DNA of 64,000 nt from Candidatus Parcubacteria bacterium (GTDB lineage: Bacteria; Patescibacteriota; Patescibacteriia; UBA1558; GWA2-36-10). The position numbers were made by a program, and so were the translations under genes. Each line of letters opens with the position of its first letter. Position 1 is the first letter of the stretch. Positions 42,457 to 51,903 of the stretch are shown here, piece after piece. The DNA is taken from contig JABHSK010000005.1 in assembly GCA_018669975.1 (NCBI GenBank), positions 57,123-121,122 on the forward strand. Direction: 5' to 3'. Below the pieces are notes generated by a model. It saw only the letters and a program-made list of their open reading frames with translations, ran no database searches and was not told where the DNA came from.

Positions 42457-43017
42457 ATGAAGTGGTTTAAATTTTTTCTAATCAGCAGTTTATTTTTACC
42501 TATTACCTGTCAGGCAATAGGTGTTTCAGTGGAGCCAGCAGAGCTAGATATTTTATATCCTAGCCAGGAAAAATATAGTTTTACAGTAACTAACATATCA
42601 GCTGAGCCTATAGTAGTATCAACATATGTAGATGCTTTTCAGGACAATGTTTCTTTGCAACCAAATGAGATTAAATTATTACCTAAGGAAGTGACAGAGG
42701 TGGTAGTCAAGGCAGATTTTATTGGCACGCCAGCGGGTGTAAAAAATACTTACATTTCTATTATCAGTAAAGCCATAGATAAGCGTAGCTTTAATGCTGC
42801 TTCTGGTATTAAATTGCCATTGTCAGTTAATATAACTGAATCTACTTGGCGTTGGTCAGGTGAAGCAGTTTTTGTGGTAGTTTTTCTGAGTTTAATGGTT
42901 TTAATAATATTAGTTCAGTTGATATTTTTATCTTTTCAAGCTAAAAAGAAAAAACGTCATTGGCGAGGAACGAATTTCCTTTTACATAAGAAAAAATTTC
43001 GATTATTCAAACGATGA
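42457..43017 (+). CDS. secreted beta-sandwich-like protein with a C-terminal TM anchor and polybasic tail (partner of ORF 40685)
   Basis: Signal peptide MKWFKFFLISSLFLPITCQA; C-terminal TM VVVFLSLMVLIILVQLIFLSF then KKKKRHWRG. Confidence 0.45.
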   Translation: MKWFKFFLISSLFLPITCQAIGVSVEPAELDILYPSQEKYSFTVTNISAEPIVVSTYVDAFQDNVSLQPNEIKLLPKEVTEVVVKADFIGTPAGVKNTYISIISKAIDKRSFNAASGIKLPLSVNITESTWRWSGEAVFVVVFLSLMVLIILVQLIFLSFQAKKKKRHWRGTNFLLHKKKFRLFKR

Positions 43018-43096
43018 AGTCAAATTAAGTAGCAGTTAACGAATTGCTGCTTTTTTGGTATAATTCAAGTATTAATAATATAATTCTATACTTATT

Positions 43097-43450
43097 ATGG
43101 ATGAAGAATCAAAAAAACTATTACAAGAAAATAAGGAGGTTTTATTAGATTTAGAAAAAAGAGTCCAAAAAATTCAAAATAAGATGATGTGGAACACTAT
43201 TGGCAGTGTTTTAAAAATCGTTTTAATTATTGGGCCAATAATTTGGGGTGCAATTTATCTTTCCCCAATACTTAAAGAATACACAACAGCTTTTAAGCCG
43301 TTGATGGATGTTTTACATATTTCTAAAGATAGTGATTCAACAGGGACAGATTCCGCACCAGTGTTAAACTTAGAAGTTAGTCCAGAAAATCAGCAGATAT
43401 TTTGTAACCCTAGAACCAGGGAACTAATGGTTCAGCAAATTTGTAATTAG
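43097..43450 (+). CDS. hypothetical protein with one TM helix
   Basis: ORF with a hydrophobic helix; no recognisable family. Confidence 0.35.
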   Translation: MDEESKKLLQENKEVLLDLEKRVQKIQNKMMWNTIGSVLKIVLIIGPIIWGAIYLSPILKEYTTAFKPLMDVLHISKDSDSTGTDSAPVLNLEVSPENQQIFCNPRTRELMVQQICN

Positions 43451-43456
43451 ATATTT

Positions 43457-44539
43457 GTGGAAGAACTAGATAGTAAAATTAACGACTTAGCCTCTAAAAT
43501 TAACAAGGCCATCAAAAAGATGGACTTAGATAGCAAGGGGGTTAAGTTAGAACAGCTAAAAGAGCAGATGTCAGCTGCTGATTTTTGGAACAACCAAGAT
43601 AATGCTAGGGCTGTCAGTACGCAAGCCAGTAGACTGGAAGAGGATATCAAAGCTTGGCGTAGTTTGTCAGAACGCATAGCTGATTTACAAATTTTAATAA
43701 ATGATAAGCAGGCCCAGGATTTATTTGCAGAATTGGAAACGAACTTTGATGTTTTGTTTGAGGATTACAATCATTTATCTAAAGATCTTTTATTGCAAGG
43801 TAAGCATGATCAAAGTCCAGCTATCATTACTATCAATGCTGGCGCTGGAGGTGTTGACGCCCAAGATTGGGCGCAAATGTTGGAAAGAATGTTTTTGAGG
43901 TTTGCTGAACAACAAAATTGGTCAGTCAAAAATTTAGCTAGGTCAACTGGTTCGGAAGCAGGTATTAAGAGTTCAACTTTTCGTATTCAAGGAGAATATT
44001 CTTATGGTTATCTAAAGAATGAGGCTGGCGTGCATCGTTTGGTTAGATTGTCTCCCTTTGATGCTGATCATGCTCGTCATACTTCGTTTGCTATGATTGA
44101 GGTATTACCGGAGCTTAGTCAGATAGACACAAAGATTAAAGAAGAAGATTTAAAAGTAGACACTTTTCGTGCTTCAGGACACGGAGGTCAATCAGTTAAT
44201 ACTACTGACTCAGCTGTACGCATTACACATATCCCCACGGGTTTATCAGCTATTTGTCAAAATGAAAGATCCCAGCTGCAGAATAAACGTCAGGCTATGG
44301 TGTATTTACAGAGTAGACTTCAGAAATACCAAGAAGCAGAGCAGGAGGAAGAAAAAAAGGCACTCAAGGGAGAATATACTGAAGCGGCCTGGGGAAATCA
44401 GATTAGATCATACGTCATACATCCTTACAAAATGGTCAAAGATCATCGTACTAATTATGAATCTTCAGAGCCCGATAAAATTTTAGATGGGCAGTTGATG
44501 GATTTTATAGAGGCAAACTTAGAAGATAATATAAAGTAA
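43457..44539 (+). CDS. prfB: peptide chain release factor 2 (GTG start, no programmed frameshift)
   Basis: SPF tripeptide (VRLSPFDA) and GGQ motif (ASGHGGQSVNTTDSAVRITHIPTG); complete in one frame. Confidence 0.85.
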   Translation: MEELDSKINDLASKINKAIKKMDLDSKGVKLEQLKEQMSAADFWNNQDNARAVSTQASRLEEDIKAWRSLSERIADLQILINDKQAQDLFAELETNFDVLFEDYNHLSKDLLLQGKHDQSPAIITINAGAGGVDAQDWAQMLERMFLRFAEQQNWSVKNLARSTGSEAGIKSSTFRIQGEYSYGYLKNEAGVHRLVRLSPFDADHARHTSFAMIEVLPELSQIDTKIKEEDLKVDTFRASGHGGQSVNTTDSAVRITHIPTGLSAICQNERSQLQNKRQAMVYLQSRLQKYQEAEQEEEKKALKGEYTEAAWGNQIRSYVIHPYKMVKDHRTNYESSEPDKILDGQLMDFIEANLEDNIK

Positions 44540-44544
44540 GATAT

Positions 44545-45027
44545 ATGAAAATAAAAAAAATGTTGGTATTAATAGTATTGTTTGTTTTTTTAAACCTTAG
44601 TCTTTTAGCGGTGCTTTCCTTTGTTCTTTCCAAATATATAAATATCAACAAGATATTTCCTGGTGAAACAATAGCTAGAGACTTAGGTTTTAATCCTAAA
44701 GTACCACCACTTGATCAGGTGAGTAGGTTTTTGGATGATGATTTGGAAAAAACATTGGTTAGTCAGGTGTGTGAGCAGGGAGGTTATAATATTGATGAAT
44801 TTGTTGATAGTAAATTATTTATAAATTCTTTTGGTATCAAAGAGGTTTATCAGGAAGGCAATGAGAATTCACCTAGACATCCTTTGAAATTTATTTGGTT
44901 AGAACCAGTTGATGGTGCAGTTATTCAGCCTTTTATGTGTGCTTATATTGGTATTGATTTTGATAGAGATGACGATCCATTGATCCCAGGTATTTTTTCT
45001 GTTAAAGATAAGCAGATAGTTAAATAA
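44545..45027 (+). CDS. hypothetical membrane-anchored protein
   Basis: N-terminal TM helix; no recognisable family. Confidence 0.35.
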   Translation: MKIKKMLVLIVLFVFLNLSLLAVLSFVLSKYININKIFPGETIARDLGFNPKVPPLDQVSRFLDDDLEKTLVSQVCEQGGYNIDEFVDSKLFINSFGIKEVYQEGNENSPRHPLKFIWLEPVDGAVIQPFMCAYIGIDFDRDDDPLIPGIFSVKDKQIVK

Positions 45028-45063
45028 TTTTTATTAAGCATCTATTTATGGTATAATAATCCT

Positions 45064-46542
45064 ATGTTTGAACATTTGGGGTATATACCAGAGACAACTT
45101 TAAGAAAAAAAAGTAAATCCAAAGTTTACGTCAGTTTTTTAATGGCAGCTTTGGCAGTTTTTACTTTTTCTTTTAGTATTAATCGTGGACCATCTTTAGT
45201 GGCTCAAGAATATGTTAATCCAGCAGCTCAAATTGTAGCTGATGATGTTCAACGTAATTTAGCCGTTGATAATCCTAGGTTTCCAGTTTTTAGTTTTATC
45301 ATTAAGACTAATTTACCAGGTATAGAATTGAGCAATCTCAAAGTTAAGGTCAATGGTGTCTATGATGTCAACTTACTAAAAGATTTAAAGCTATACCATC
45401 AGGGCGTTCAGCTAGGTACTATTTCAGAAGTAGGAACAGGTGGTAGTTTGTATTTTGATATCGATGGATATCAGCTGCCAGCTGGTGATAATTTGTTTAG
45501 TTTTATACTATCTACTGGTCAGGCAACTAAAGTTGGTAATATTCTGGAATTTAATTTTCAAGATCAATCTAGTGTAATTTTATCTTATCAAGGTCACCCT
45601 TTCACACCCAACGGACAGTGGCCAATTGTTGGTAGTCTAACTTCAGTGGTAGAGCACGGTAGTATCGCAGCATATAACAATATCTACAATACAGAACTTT
45701 TAATAGTTGATAGCGTGCCTCGTTTGGTTGGGAATTTTAGCTTAGCTAATAAGGGTGAGATAGCAGACCTTTATTCTTTGACCGTTGGCTACCGGGAGCT
45801 CAGTGATAATAAACTTGATAATGAAAAATTTGTTTTACTTTATAATGAACAAACAGTTGCTAAAGGTAGCTTAGATGTTAAGGAAAACAAGATTGTCTTT
45901 AAGTTTGAGAAGTCATTTGTTATTAGCAATGCAAGTGACAGCAAATTTGAGTTGCATGCCTTGTCCCTACCAACAGGAGTTTTTGAATTTTATTTACAAG
46001 ATATTAGTGCGCTTGGTTTTGTTTCGGGAAAAAATTTATCCTTGGAAGACCAATTGCAACTTAGTTATGTAGATGTAGTAGATTATTATCCAGAGTTTAG
46101 TTTGGGAGAACTAGAGACCAAGCTTTCTGATGGTTGGAATGAGCTATATGATTTAAATATTCAAGCCAGAGGTAGTGATGATATTAAGTTGCACAAGCTT
46201 AGTTGGTCACTGGGTAGTATTGGTACTAGCATAGAAGAAGTAGAACTATGGATTAACAACCAACAGTACATGGCGGATTTGACTATATCAGGGGAAGACT
46301 TGATAGTGAAGACAGATTGGGAGGATCCTTTAGACGTGAGTAGATTGGGTACCAATTTGAAATTACTAGTTAAAGTATCTGAATCACAACCAGGGTCTAA
46401 GTTGAGCGTCTATTTGTTGACAGACGAAATAAAATTATCAGAGGTGCTAGACAGTAATATTTTATGGTCTTTAGGTGAACAATTTTATAGTGGTTATAAA
46501 TTGCCACAATTGCCGTTAGGGCCCAGTGTATTGAGTTATTAA
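45064..46542 (+). CDS. hypothetical membrane-anchored extracytoplasmic protein
   Basis: N-terminal TM helix followed by a beta-rich domain; no recognisable family. Confidence 0.4.
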   Translation: MFEHLGYIPETTLRKKSKSKVYVSFLMAALAVFTFSFSINRGPSLVAQEYVNPAAQIVADDVQRNLAVDNPRFPVFSFIIKTNLPGIELSNLKVKVNGVYDVNLLKDLKLYHQGVQLGTISEVGTGGSLYFDIDGYQLPAGDNLFSFILSTGQATKVGNILEFNFQDQSSVILSYQGHPFTPNGQWPIVGSLTSVVEHGSIAAYNNIYNTELLIVDSVPRLVGNFSLANKGEIADLYSLTVGYRELSDNKLDNEKFVLLYNEQTVAKGSLDVKENKIVFKFEKSFVISNASDSKFELHALSLPTGVFEFYLQDISALGFVSGKNLSLEDQLQLSYVDVVDYYPEFSLGELETKLSDGWNELYDLNIQARGSDDIKLHKLSWSLGSIGTSIEEVELWINNQQYMADLTISGEDLIVKTDWEDPLDVSRLGTNLKLLVKVSESQPGSKLSVYLLTDEIKLSEVLDSNILWSLGEQFYSGYKLPQLPLGPSVLSY

Positions 46543-46556
46543 ATAATATTATTTTA

Positions 46557-46590
46557 GCGCGCCGTCTGTATAGACGGCGCGTTTTTGTTT
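46557..46590 (+). terminator. intrinsic terminator
   Basis: gcgcgccgtc-tgtata-gacggcgcg plus T-run. Confidence 0.8.
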
Positions 46591-46606
46591 TGACAAAAAT
46601 ACTTAT

Positions 46607-47956
46607 TTGATATTAAATATATACAAATTATATAAAGCGATTTCGATGAGCAAAAGCAAAATCTTTTTGTTGGTTAGCCTTATTTTTTTGGCAGGAAATT
46701 TTATTTGGTTGCTGTATTGGGAGGATGCCGGTAACCATGATTTTTCCTATGGGCAATATTATTCTTTTACTGCTCAGATTAAAAATACCGACAAAAAGTT
46801 ACATGGTTGGAATATAGTAGTTGAGCCGCAGCAATTGGAAAAATACAAAGGTCGTATTTTAGTTTATGCTAATCTATATCCTGAATATTATTACGGAGAC
46901 ATTTTGGAGTTGTCTTGTAAAATATATCAACCCGAGCCCATTATTGATGAAGGAGGTAAGGATTTTGCCTATGATAAGTATTTGGCCAAAGATAATATTT
47001 TTGGTACTTGTTTTAGACCTAGAATAAAAGTTGTTGGTAAACATAAGGATATATTTTTTTACTTATCTCAAAGCAAAGCGTATTTCCTCAACAATTTAAA
47101 TAATCACCTGGTTGAGCCAGCCTCATCTTTGTCCAAGGCTATTATTTTGGCCTCTAGACGTGAGATACCCGATGATCTAAGGCAAAGCTTTGCTAGGGTG
47201 GGATTGAGCCATGTGGTGGCTATTTCAGGCTTACACATAGCCATTATTGTGTGGATACTCCAAGCTGTACTGGGTGGCTTTGGTTTATCTAGAAAAAAAG
47301 CTTTTTGGTTGCTGCTGATGGTTTTGATTTTATATTTATATTTACTTGGGTTTCCTAGTTCAGCTGTTAGAGCTAGCATGATGGTTGTTATGGTTTTATT
47401 GGGGCCCTTCCTAGGTCGTAGTACTACCTCTATTTATAGTCTATTGTTGGCAGCAGATATTTTTGTGATATTCAATCCTTATTTATTAATTTATGATATT
47501 GGTTTCCAACTGTCTTTTTTAGCTGTATTAGGTTTATTATTTTATATAAAATTTTTTAATAGGGTTTTAATTTTTATTCCTAAAAAATTTAAAATACGGG
47601 AGGTGATGTCAGTTACCCTGGCAGCTCAAGTTTTTACTTGGCCACTGATTATTTATCATTTTGGAATATTTTCTCTAATTGCCCCATTAGCTAATTTTAT
47701 TGTTTTACCATTGTTACCTTTTATTTTAGTTTTTAGTTTACTGTTAGCTATTGTTGGTTTTTGGCAGTGGTTGGCTAGTATAGTTGCCTGGCCACTTTTT
47801 ATATTATTAAAGATTATAGTTTTGGTGGCAGAGCACATGTCTAAAATACCCTGGGCTTATGTGATGATTGAAGATTTCCCACTTATTTTTTTACTAGGTA
47901 GTTTATTTTTTATGATGTTAATAACCTGGATATTAAAACCACAACAATATGAATAA
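46607..47956 (+). CDS. comEC: ComEC/Rec2-like DNA internalisation channel, membrane part (DUF4131 + competence domain)
   Basis: More than 8 TM helices; GLSHVVAISGLHIAIIVW motif; true start is probably the internal MSKSKIF. Confidence 0.75.
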   Translation: MILNIYKLYKAISMSKSKIFLLVSLIFLAGNFIWLLYWEDAGNHDFSYGQYYSFTAQIKNTDKKLHGWNIVVEPQQLEKYKGRILVYANLYPEYYYGDILELSCKIYQPEPIIDEGGKDFAYDKYLAKDNIFGTCFRPRIKVVGKHKDIFFYLSQSKAYFLNNLNNHLVEPASSLSKAIILASRREIPDDLRQSFARVGLSHVVAISGLHIAIIVWILQAVLGGFGLSRKKAFWLLLMVLILYLYLLGFPSSAVRASMMVVMVLLGPFLGRSTTSIYSLLLAADIFVIFNPYLLIYDIGFQLSFLAVLGLLFYIKFFNRVLIFIPKKFKIREVMSVTLAAQVFTWPLIIYHFGIFSLIAPLANFIVLPLLPFILVFSLLLAIVGFWQWLASIVAWPLFILLKIIVLVAEHMSKIPWAYVMIEDFPLIFLLGSLFFMMLITWILKPQQYE

Positions 47957-48764
47957 ATTTATAATCTTGATTATTTTAGCCGTGCTAGTATTTCTAATGT
48001 TTTCTCTGAGTTCAAAAGAGGAGCAGCTGGAAGTGCATTTTTTAGATGTTGGGCAGGGTGATGCTATTTTGATTCGCACTCCACAGGGACAAAATATTTT
48101 GATAGATGCTGGTCCTGACAATCTTGTTTTATCGGAGTTAGCCAAAGTGTTGCCCTGGTGGGATAGAAAGATAGACTATGTCATCATCAGTCATTATCAT
48201 GCGGATCACTACATTGGTTTGGTGGATATACTAAATAAATATCAAGTTGGTCATATTTTAACTACTGCTCATCAGCCAGATGATTGGTTTTACGATTTTT
48301 ATCAGGGTGAATTATTTAGGCATCAACTTACAGAAACCATAGTCGAGGCAGGGGAGAAATTTATATTGGCGGATGATTTATATTGGCAGGTGTTGTTAGC
48401 AGATAGTCATCACGAAGATTTTAATGATAATTCACTGGTTACGCGATTTACCTATGGGCAAGTTGATTTTTTATTTATGGGGGATTTGCCAGCTTCCGGA
48501 GAAGAACATATTTTACAACAGAATCTTATTTTAGAGTCTGAGTTTTTGAAAATAGGTCATCACGGTAGTAAATATTCATCTAGTCAGGGATTTTTGCAGA
48601 CTGTAAATCCTAAAGTATGCATTATTCAGTCTGGTTTAGATAATAAATTTGGTCATCCACATGCTGAAGCCATTCAAAGGATGGGGCAAGTTGGTTGTCA
48701 GATTAGAGATACACAAAATCAAGGAACAATTAGTCTATTTAGTGATGGAAAAATTATATATTGA
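47949..48764 (+). CDS. metallo-beta-lactamase-fold domain protein corresponding to the ComEC C-terminal domain (split gene, 8-nt overlap)
   Basis: HFLDVGQGDAILIRTPQGQNILIDAG, HYHADH, GHHGS. Confidence 0.8.
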   Translation: MNKFIILIILAVLVFLMFSLSSKEEQLEVHFLDVGQGDAILIRTPQGQNILIDAGPDNLVLSELAKVLPWWDRKIDYVIISHYHADHYIGLVDILNKYQVGHILTTAHQPDDWFYDFYQGELFRHQLTETIVEAGEKFILADDLYWQVLLADSHHEDFNDNSLVTRFTYGQVDFLFMGDLPASGEEHILQQNLILESEFLKIGHHGSKYSSSQGFLQTVNPKVCIIQSGLDNKFGHPHAEAIQRMGQVGCQIRDTQNQGTISLFSDGKIIY

Positions 48765-48789
48765 CCACTAAAAATAAGGATGATATAAT
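48761..48789 (+). promoter_or_regulatory. near-consensus sigma70 promoter TTGACC-17-TATAAT
   Basis: TTGACC at 48761-48766, 17-nt spacer, TATAAT at 48784-48789; overlaps the comEC-C stop codon. Confidence 0.55.
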
Positions 48790-48796
48790 TAAAAAT

Positions 48797-49660
48797 GTAG
48801 TGTATTTGTACATTTCTTAAGTATATTTCATGCCCTCGGGCATGATCTGAAGGGCGACTCACAAATCTCAACGAAAGGAGTATTTTCCGTTCTCCGTCAT
48901 TTGTGTCAACCATTCTCACGTGGATTTGGGTCTTATGACCCTGGAGGCAACTCTATGATTGTCATCACCACCACCTCGACCACCACCGGCCAGAACAGGA
49001 ATTCCGGCATCTGAAGTCAAGTGTGACACATTGGGGTACTAAACCCAACCGATATCGTGGTTGGGATAGTCCTACCAATCTTTTTCAGAGGAGAACGTCT
49101 ATGGATGCGCTAGCTTAGCTTCCTAGATCCTGGAAGCATCGCCGTCATCGTACGTACTTCACTTGTCACTTCGACACCTCCAACATGCATCAACTGTGAT
49201 TTTCTCAGAGCAGATAGACAAGCAAGTCGATCTCTGATCGACAAGGAGGACAAATTTTATGCTTGTCCAAAGCATGATCACGATCAACGCTATCAGCGAC
49301 TCCCAAAACGCGAACAACAATCACGCGCCGGAGCATTTGCTGCGCACCCAGGAAGACCAGAGCCCGTAGGTCAAGAAGAATACCTACTCAGCGCTCGCGA
49401 TTCGCAAGATCGTTCCAAAGAGAAAGGATTCCCGACTGTGTTCTGCAGATGTAAAATGCATGAGCACGCTTTTGACTAGCTCAACTTTGATTTGACGCAA
49501 TACTCTAGTCTACCCTTCATCCGTTTAAACGGATTACACCGGACTTTCCAATTAGGAGACAGTGTTTCCCAGCTCGCCGTGGGAACTTCTCAAATTAACT
49601 CATTAAGAGTGTCCGGACCGTCGTGTTAGCTTGCCTAGCGCGACGGTTTTTCTTTCCTTG
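48797..49660 (+). ncRNA. candidate large structured ncRNA(s): about 860-nt ORF-free island of about 50% GC between a consensus promoter and an intrinsic terminator; identity unresolved
   Basis: No ORF over 70 aa on either strand; GC far above neighbours; a GGAAAGUCCGG P4-like motif with a preceding hairpin lies on the minus strand (+49538-49548); palindrome CCGTTTAAACGG. Confidence 0.4.
49617..49656 (+). terminator. intrinsic terminator closing GC-rich island 1
   Basis: accgtcg...cgacggt stem followed by TTTTTCTTT. Confidence 0.6.
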
Positions 49661-49716
49661 ATTTTTGCTTTATTTTGACTTATAATAAAGGCATTAAATT
49701 ATTAAGTTGAAAGAAT

Positions 49717-50106
49717 ATGTCAGATAATAAAACTAAGATTTTATTGATTGAAGATGAAGAGATGTTGGCCAATATGTATGAGGTCAAATTTAAAAATGAA
49801 GGTTTTGATTTAGTTAAGGCTCTTGATGGAGAGCAGGGCCTAGAAATGGCTAAGACTGTCAGTCCAGACTTTATCCTGTTAGATATTATTATGCCAAAGA
49901 TGGATGGTTTTTCAGTTCTTAAAGCACTTAAAGAAGACGCTACTACTAAAGATGTGCCAGTCATGCTACTAACTAATCTAGGGCAGGATGAGGATATTGA
50001 AAGAGGTAAGTCACTGGGTTCAGTCGGGTATCTAGTAAAAGCTAATATCACCCCTTCTGAGGTAGTGGATGCTGTTAAAAAAGAAATTGCCAAATTAAAC
50101 AAATAA
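49717..50106 (+). CDS. stand-alone response-regulator receiver (REC) domain protein
   Basis: KILLIEDEE...DFILLDIIMPKMDGF...LLTNL pattern with the phospho-acceptor Asp; no output domain and no kinase nearby. Confidence 0.8.
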   Translation: MSDNKTKILLIEDEEMLANMYEVKFKNEGFDLVKALDGEQGLEMAKTVSPDFILLDIIMPKMDGFSVLKALKEDATTKDVPVMLLTNLGQDEDIERGKSLGSVGYLVKANITPSEVVDAVKKEIAKLNK

Positions 50107-50181
50107 TATTTATAACATTATAAGATTCACCCCTGTTATAGTGGGGTGAATTTGACTAAAAATTAATTTTTAACTTGTAAT

Positions 50182-50760
50182 ATGGATTTCAAAAAAGAAA
50201 AGACTTATGTCATGATCAAGCCGGATGGCGTCAAGAAAGGATTGATTGGAGAAATCATTAGACGTTTTGAACAACGTGATCTTAAAGTGGTAGCTATAGA
50301 AATGTTTATGCCAACTACAAAAGATATAGACGATCATTATCCAAAGGATGAGGCCTGGATTGGGCGTTTAGGTGAAAAAACCTTAGGAACTTATGCAAAG
50401 TATGGTGTTGATGCTAATAAAGAATTGGGCACTGACAGCGCTCTAGAAATTGGCAAGATGGTTAGAGGTTGGTTGATAGATTATATGACTTCAGCTCCAT
50501 TGGTTCGCATGGTGGTAGAAGGTATTCACGCTGTAGATATGGTTAGGAAGATTTGTGGTGTTACGCTACCAAATTTAGCAGATATGGGAACTATCCGTGG
50601 TGATTATTCAGCTGACTCTCCAGCAGTAGCTAATTCTGAGAAGAGAGCAGTAATGAATTTAGTGCATGCTTCAGAAACTCCAGAGGAGGCCGAACATGAG
50701 ATTAAACACTGGTTTGGTGACCGAGATGTAATATTTGACTATAAAAGATTTGTTGATTAA
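50182..50760 (+). CDS. ndk: nucleoside diphosphate kinase (long form with insertions)
   Basis: TYVMIKPDGV, catalytic His region NLVHASET, YMTSAPLVRMVVEG. Confidence 0.8.
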   Translation: MDFKKEKTYVMIKPDGVKKGLIGEIIRRFEQRDLKVVAIEMFMPTTKDIDDHYPKDEAWIGRLGEKTLGTYAKYGVDANKELGTDSALEIGKMVRGWLIDYMTSAPLVRMVVEGIHAVDMVRKICGVTLPNLADMGTIRGDYSADSPAVANSEKRAVMNLVHASETPEEAEHEIKHWFGDRDVIFDYKRFVD

Positions 50761-50764
50761 ATTA

Positions 50765-50792
50765 AAGGGGCTAGTATTAGCCCCTTTTTTTA
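50765..50792 (+). terminator. intrinsic terminator after ndk
   Basis: aggggctagtattagcccct plus T8. Confidence 0.8.
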
Positions 50793-51155
50793 ATGAATTT
50801 GGAAATATTTTTACAGAGTGCTATACTAATAGTGTAGCTCTTTTCTTTTGAATAATATAAAACTCTACAACAATATAGTAAAGGGAACTTTATATTGACT
50901 GGGGCTGTGGCCTTATGTTTGCGAGTACCCACCTGTTCTATCAGGGGTTTACTATCTTCAAAAGCAGAGCTACGAGTCGTCAATTAGTAAAAGATAAACT
51001 ATGTACGAAGATGACTTGCAAAAAGGCGTTTTATCTGTATAATAACGATAGAAACGTCTTTTTGTTTTTCCCGTGAAACATGGGAATTGTATTTTTAGAT
51101 AAAATTCGTACCTTAAAACTAAGGATAAAAATTTCCAAAATCAAGGAGGCTTACT

Positions 51156-51827
51156 TTGAGAGCAAATGGAAAGATACCGCTGATAGCTAATCATGATGGA
51201 TTTATTTTTGATCTAGATATGACCCTAGTGGAGACTCACTTTATCAACTGTATTTATGTATCTATCTTGGCTACTATTCGAGAATTGGGTGGAATTATAC
51301 CTGATGTTGATTTAGCTAGAAAATTTTGGTACGGTTCTGTTCATAGGGATCAATGCATATTCAGGCAATTTGGTTTGGATCCTAAGTTGTTCTGGGCTAC
51401 TTTCCGGAAGTATGATACGCCAGAATTTCGTTTGGCTCATACTACGGTAGTTCCTGGAGCTCGAGAGGCATTATTGCTTCTTAAAACCAAAAGGAAAAAA
51501 GTGGCTATCATTACTGCCTCAGTGGCTCATATGGCTGAACCAGAGATTGAAATGCTTGAGTTTGATTTCGATGCACACTTTTCGGTGTCAGAATCACCAG
51601 ACTTCGAGCCCAAGCCCGACCCGCAGAGCCTTGAGCTTATGATGCAAACCTTGTCAGTGCAACCTGATCGTACGGTATATACTGGCGATAGTCATGAAGA
51701 TAATCGCTTTGCCAACAATGCCGGGGTCAAATTTGTTTACTATGATCGTAATAGGGGTATTGCTATGCCACACGAGCCTGACGCTACCTTTAATGACTGG
51801 AAACAATATCCAACTTTAGAAGTATAA
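51156..51827 (+). CDS. HAD-superfamily hydrolase (TTG start), GC-rich cassette gene
   Basis: Motif I FIFDLDMTLV (DxDxT); AAGGAGG SD 7 nt upstream of the TTG; consensus-like promoter TTGCAA-16-TATAAT at about 51013-51041. Confidence 0.6.
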   Translation: MRANGKIPLIANHDGFIFDLDMTLVETHFINCIYVSILATIRELGGIIPDVDLARKFWYGSVHRDQCIFRQFGLDPKLFWATFRKYDTPEFRLAHTTVVPGAREALLLLKTKRKKVAIITASVAHMAEPEIEMLEFDFDAHFSVSESPDFEPKPDPQSLELMMQTLSVQPDRTVYTGDSHEDNRFANNAGVKFVYYDRNRGIAMPHEPDATFNDWKQYPTLEV

Positions 51828-51833
51828 TTATTA

Positions 51834-51867
51834 CCACCCTACACCATAGTGCAGGGTGGATTTTTTT
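51834..51867 (+). terminator. intrinsic terminator
   Basis: ccaccctacaccatagtgcagggtgg plus T7. Confidence 0.8.
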
Positions 51868-51903
51868 GTTATACTGATTAAGGTGATTATTAATATAAAT
51901 TTT

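Noticed and set aside
43441-43470. Possible programmed +1 frameshift site in prfB
   Set aside because: RF2 reads through in a single frame from a GTG start; there is no CUU-UGA-type shift site.
49030-49085. Hairpin cccaacc-gatatcgt-ggttggg followed by CCUACCA, considered as a tmRNA or tRNA-like 3' end
   Set aside because: Loop and stem do not match a T-arm and no complementary 5' acceptor strand was found.
48719-49660. Short minus-strand ORFs across GC-rich island 1 (for example 48719..48919)
   Set aside because: No RBS, odd composition, and they overlap promoter/terminator elements; spurious.
49680-50102. 140-aa minus-strand ORF
   Set aside because: Fully antisense to a well-supported response-regulator gene.
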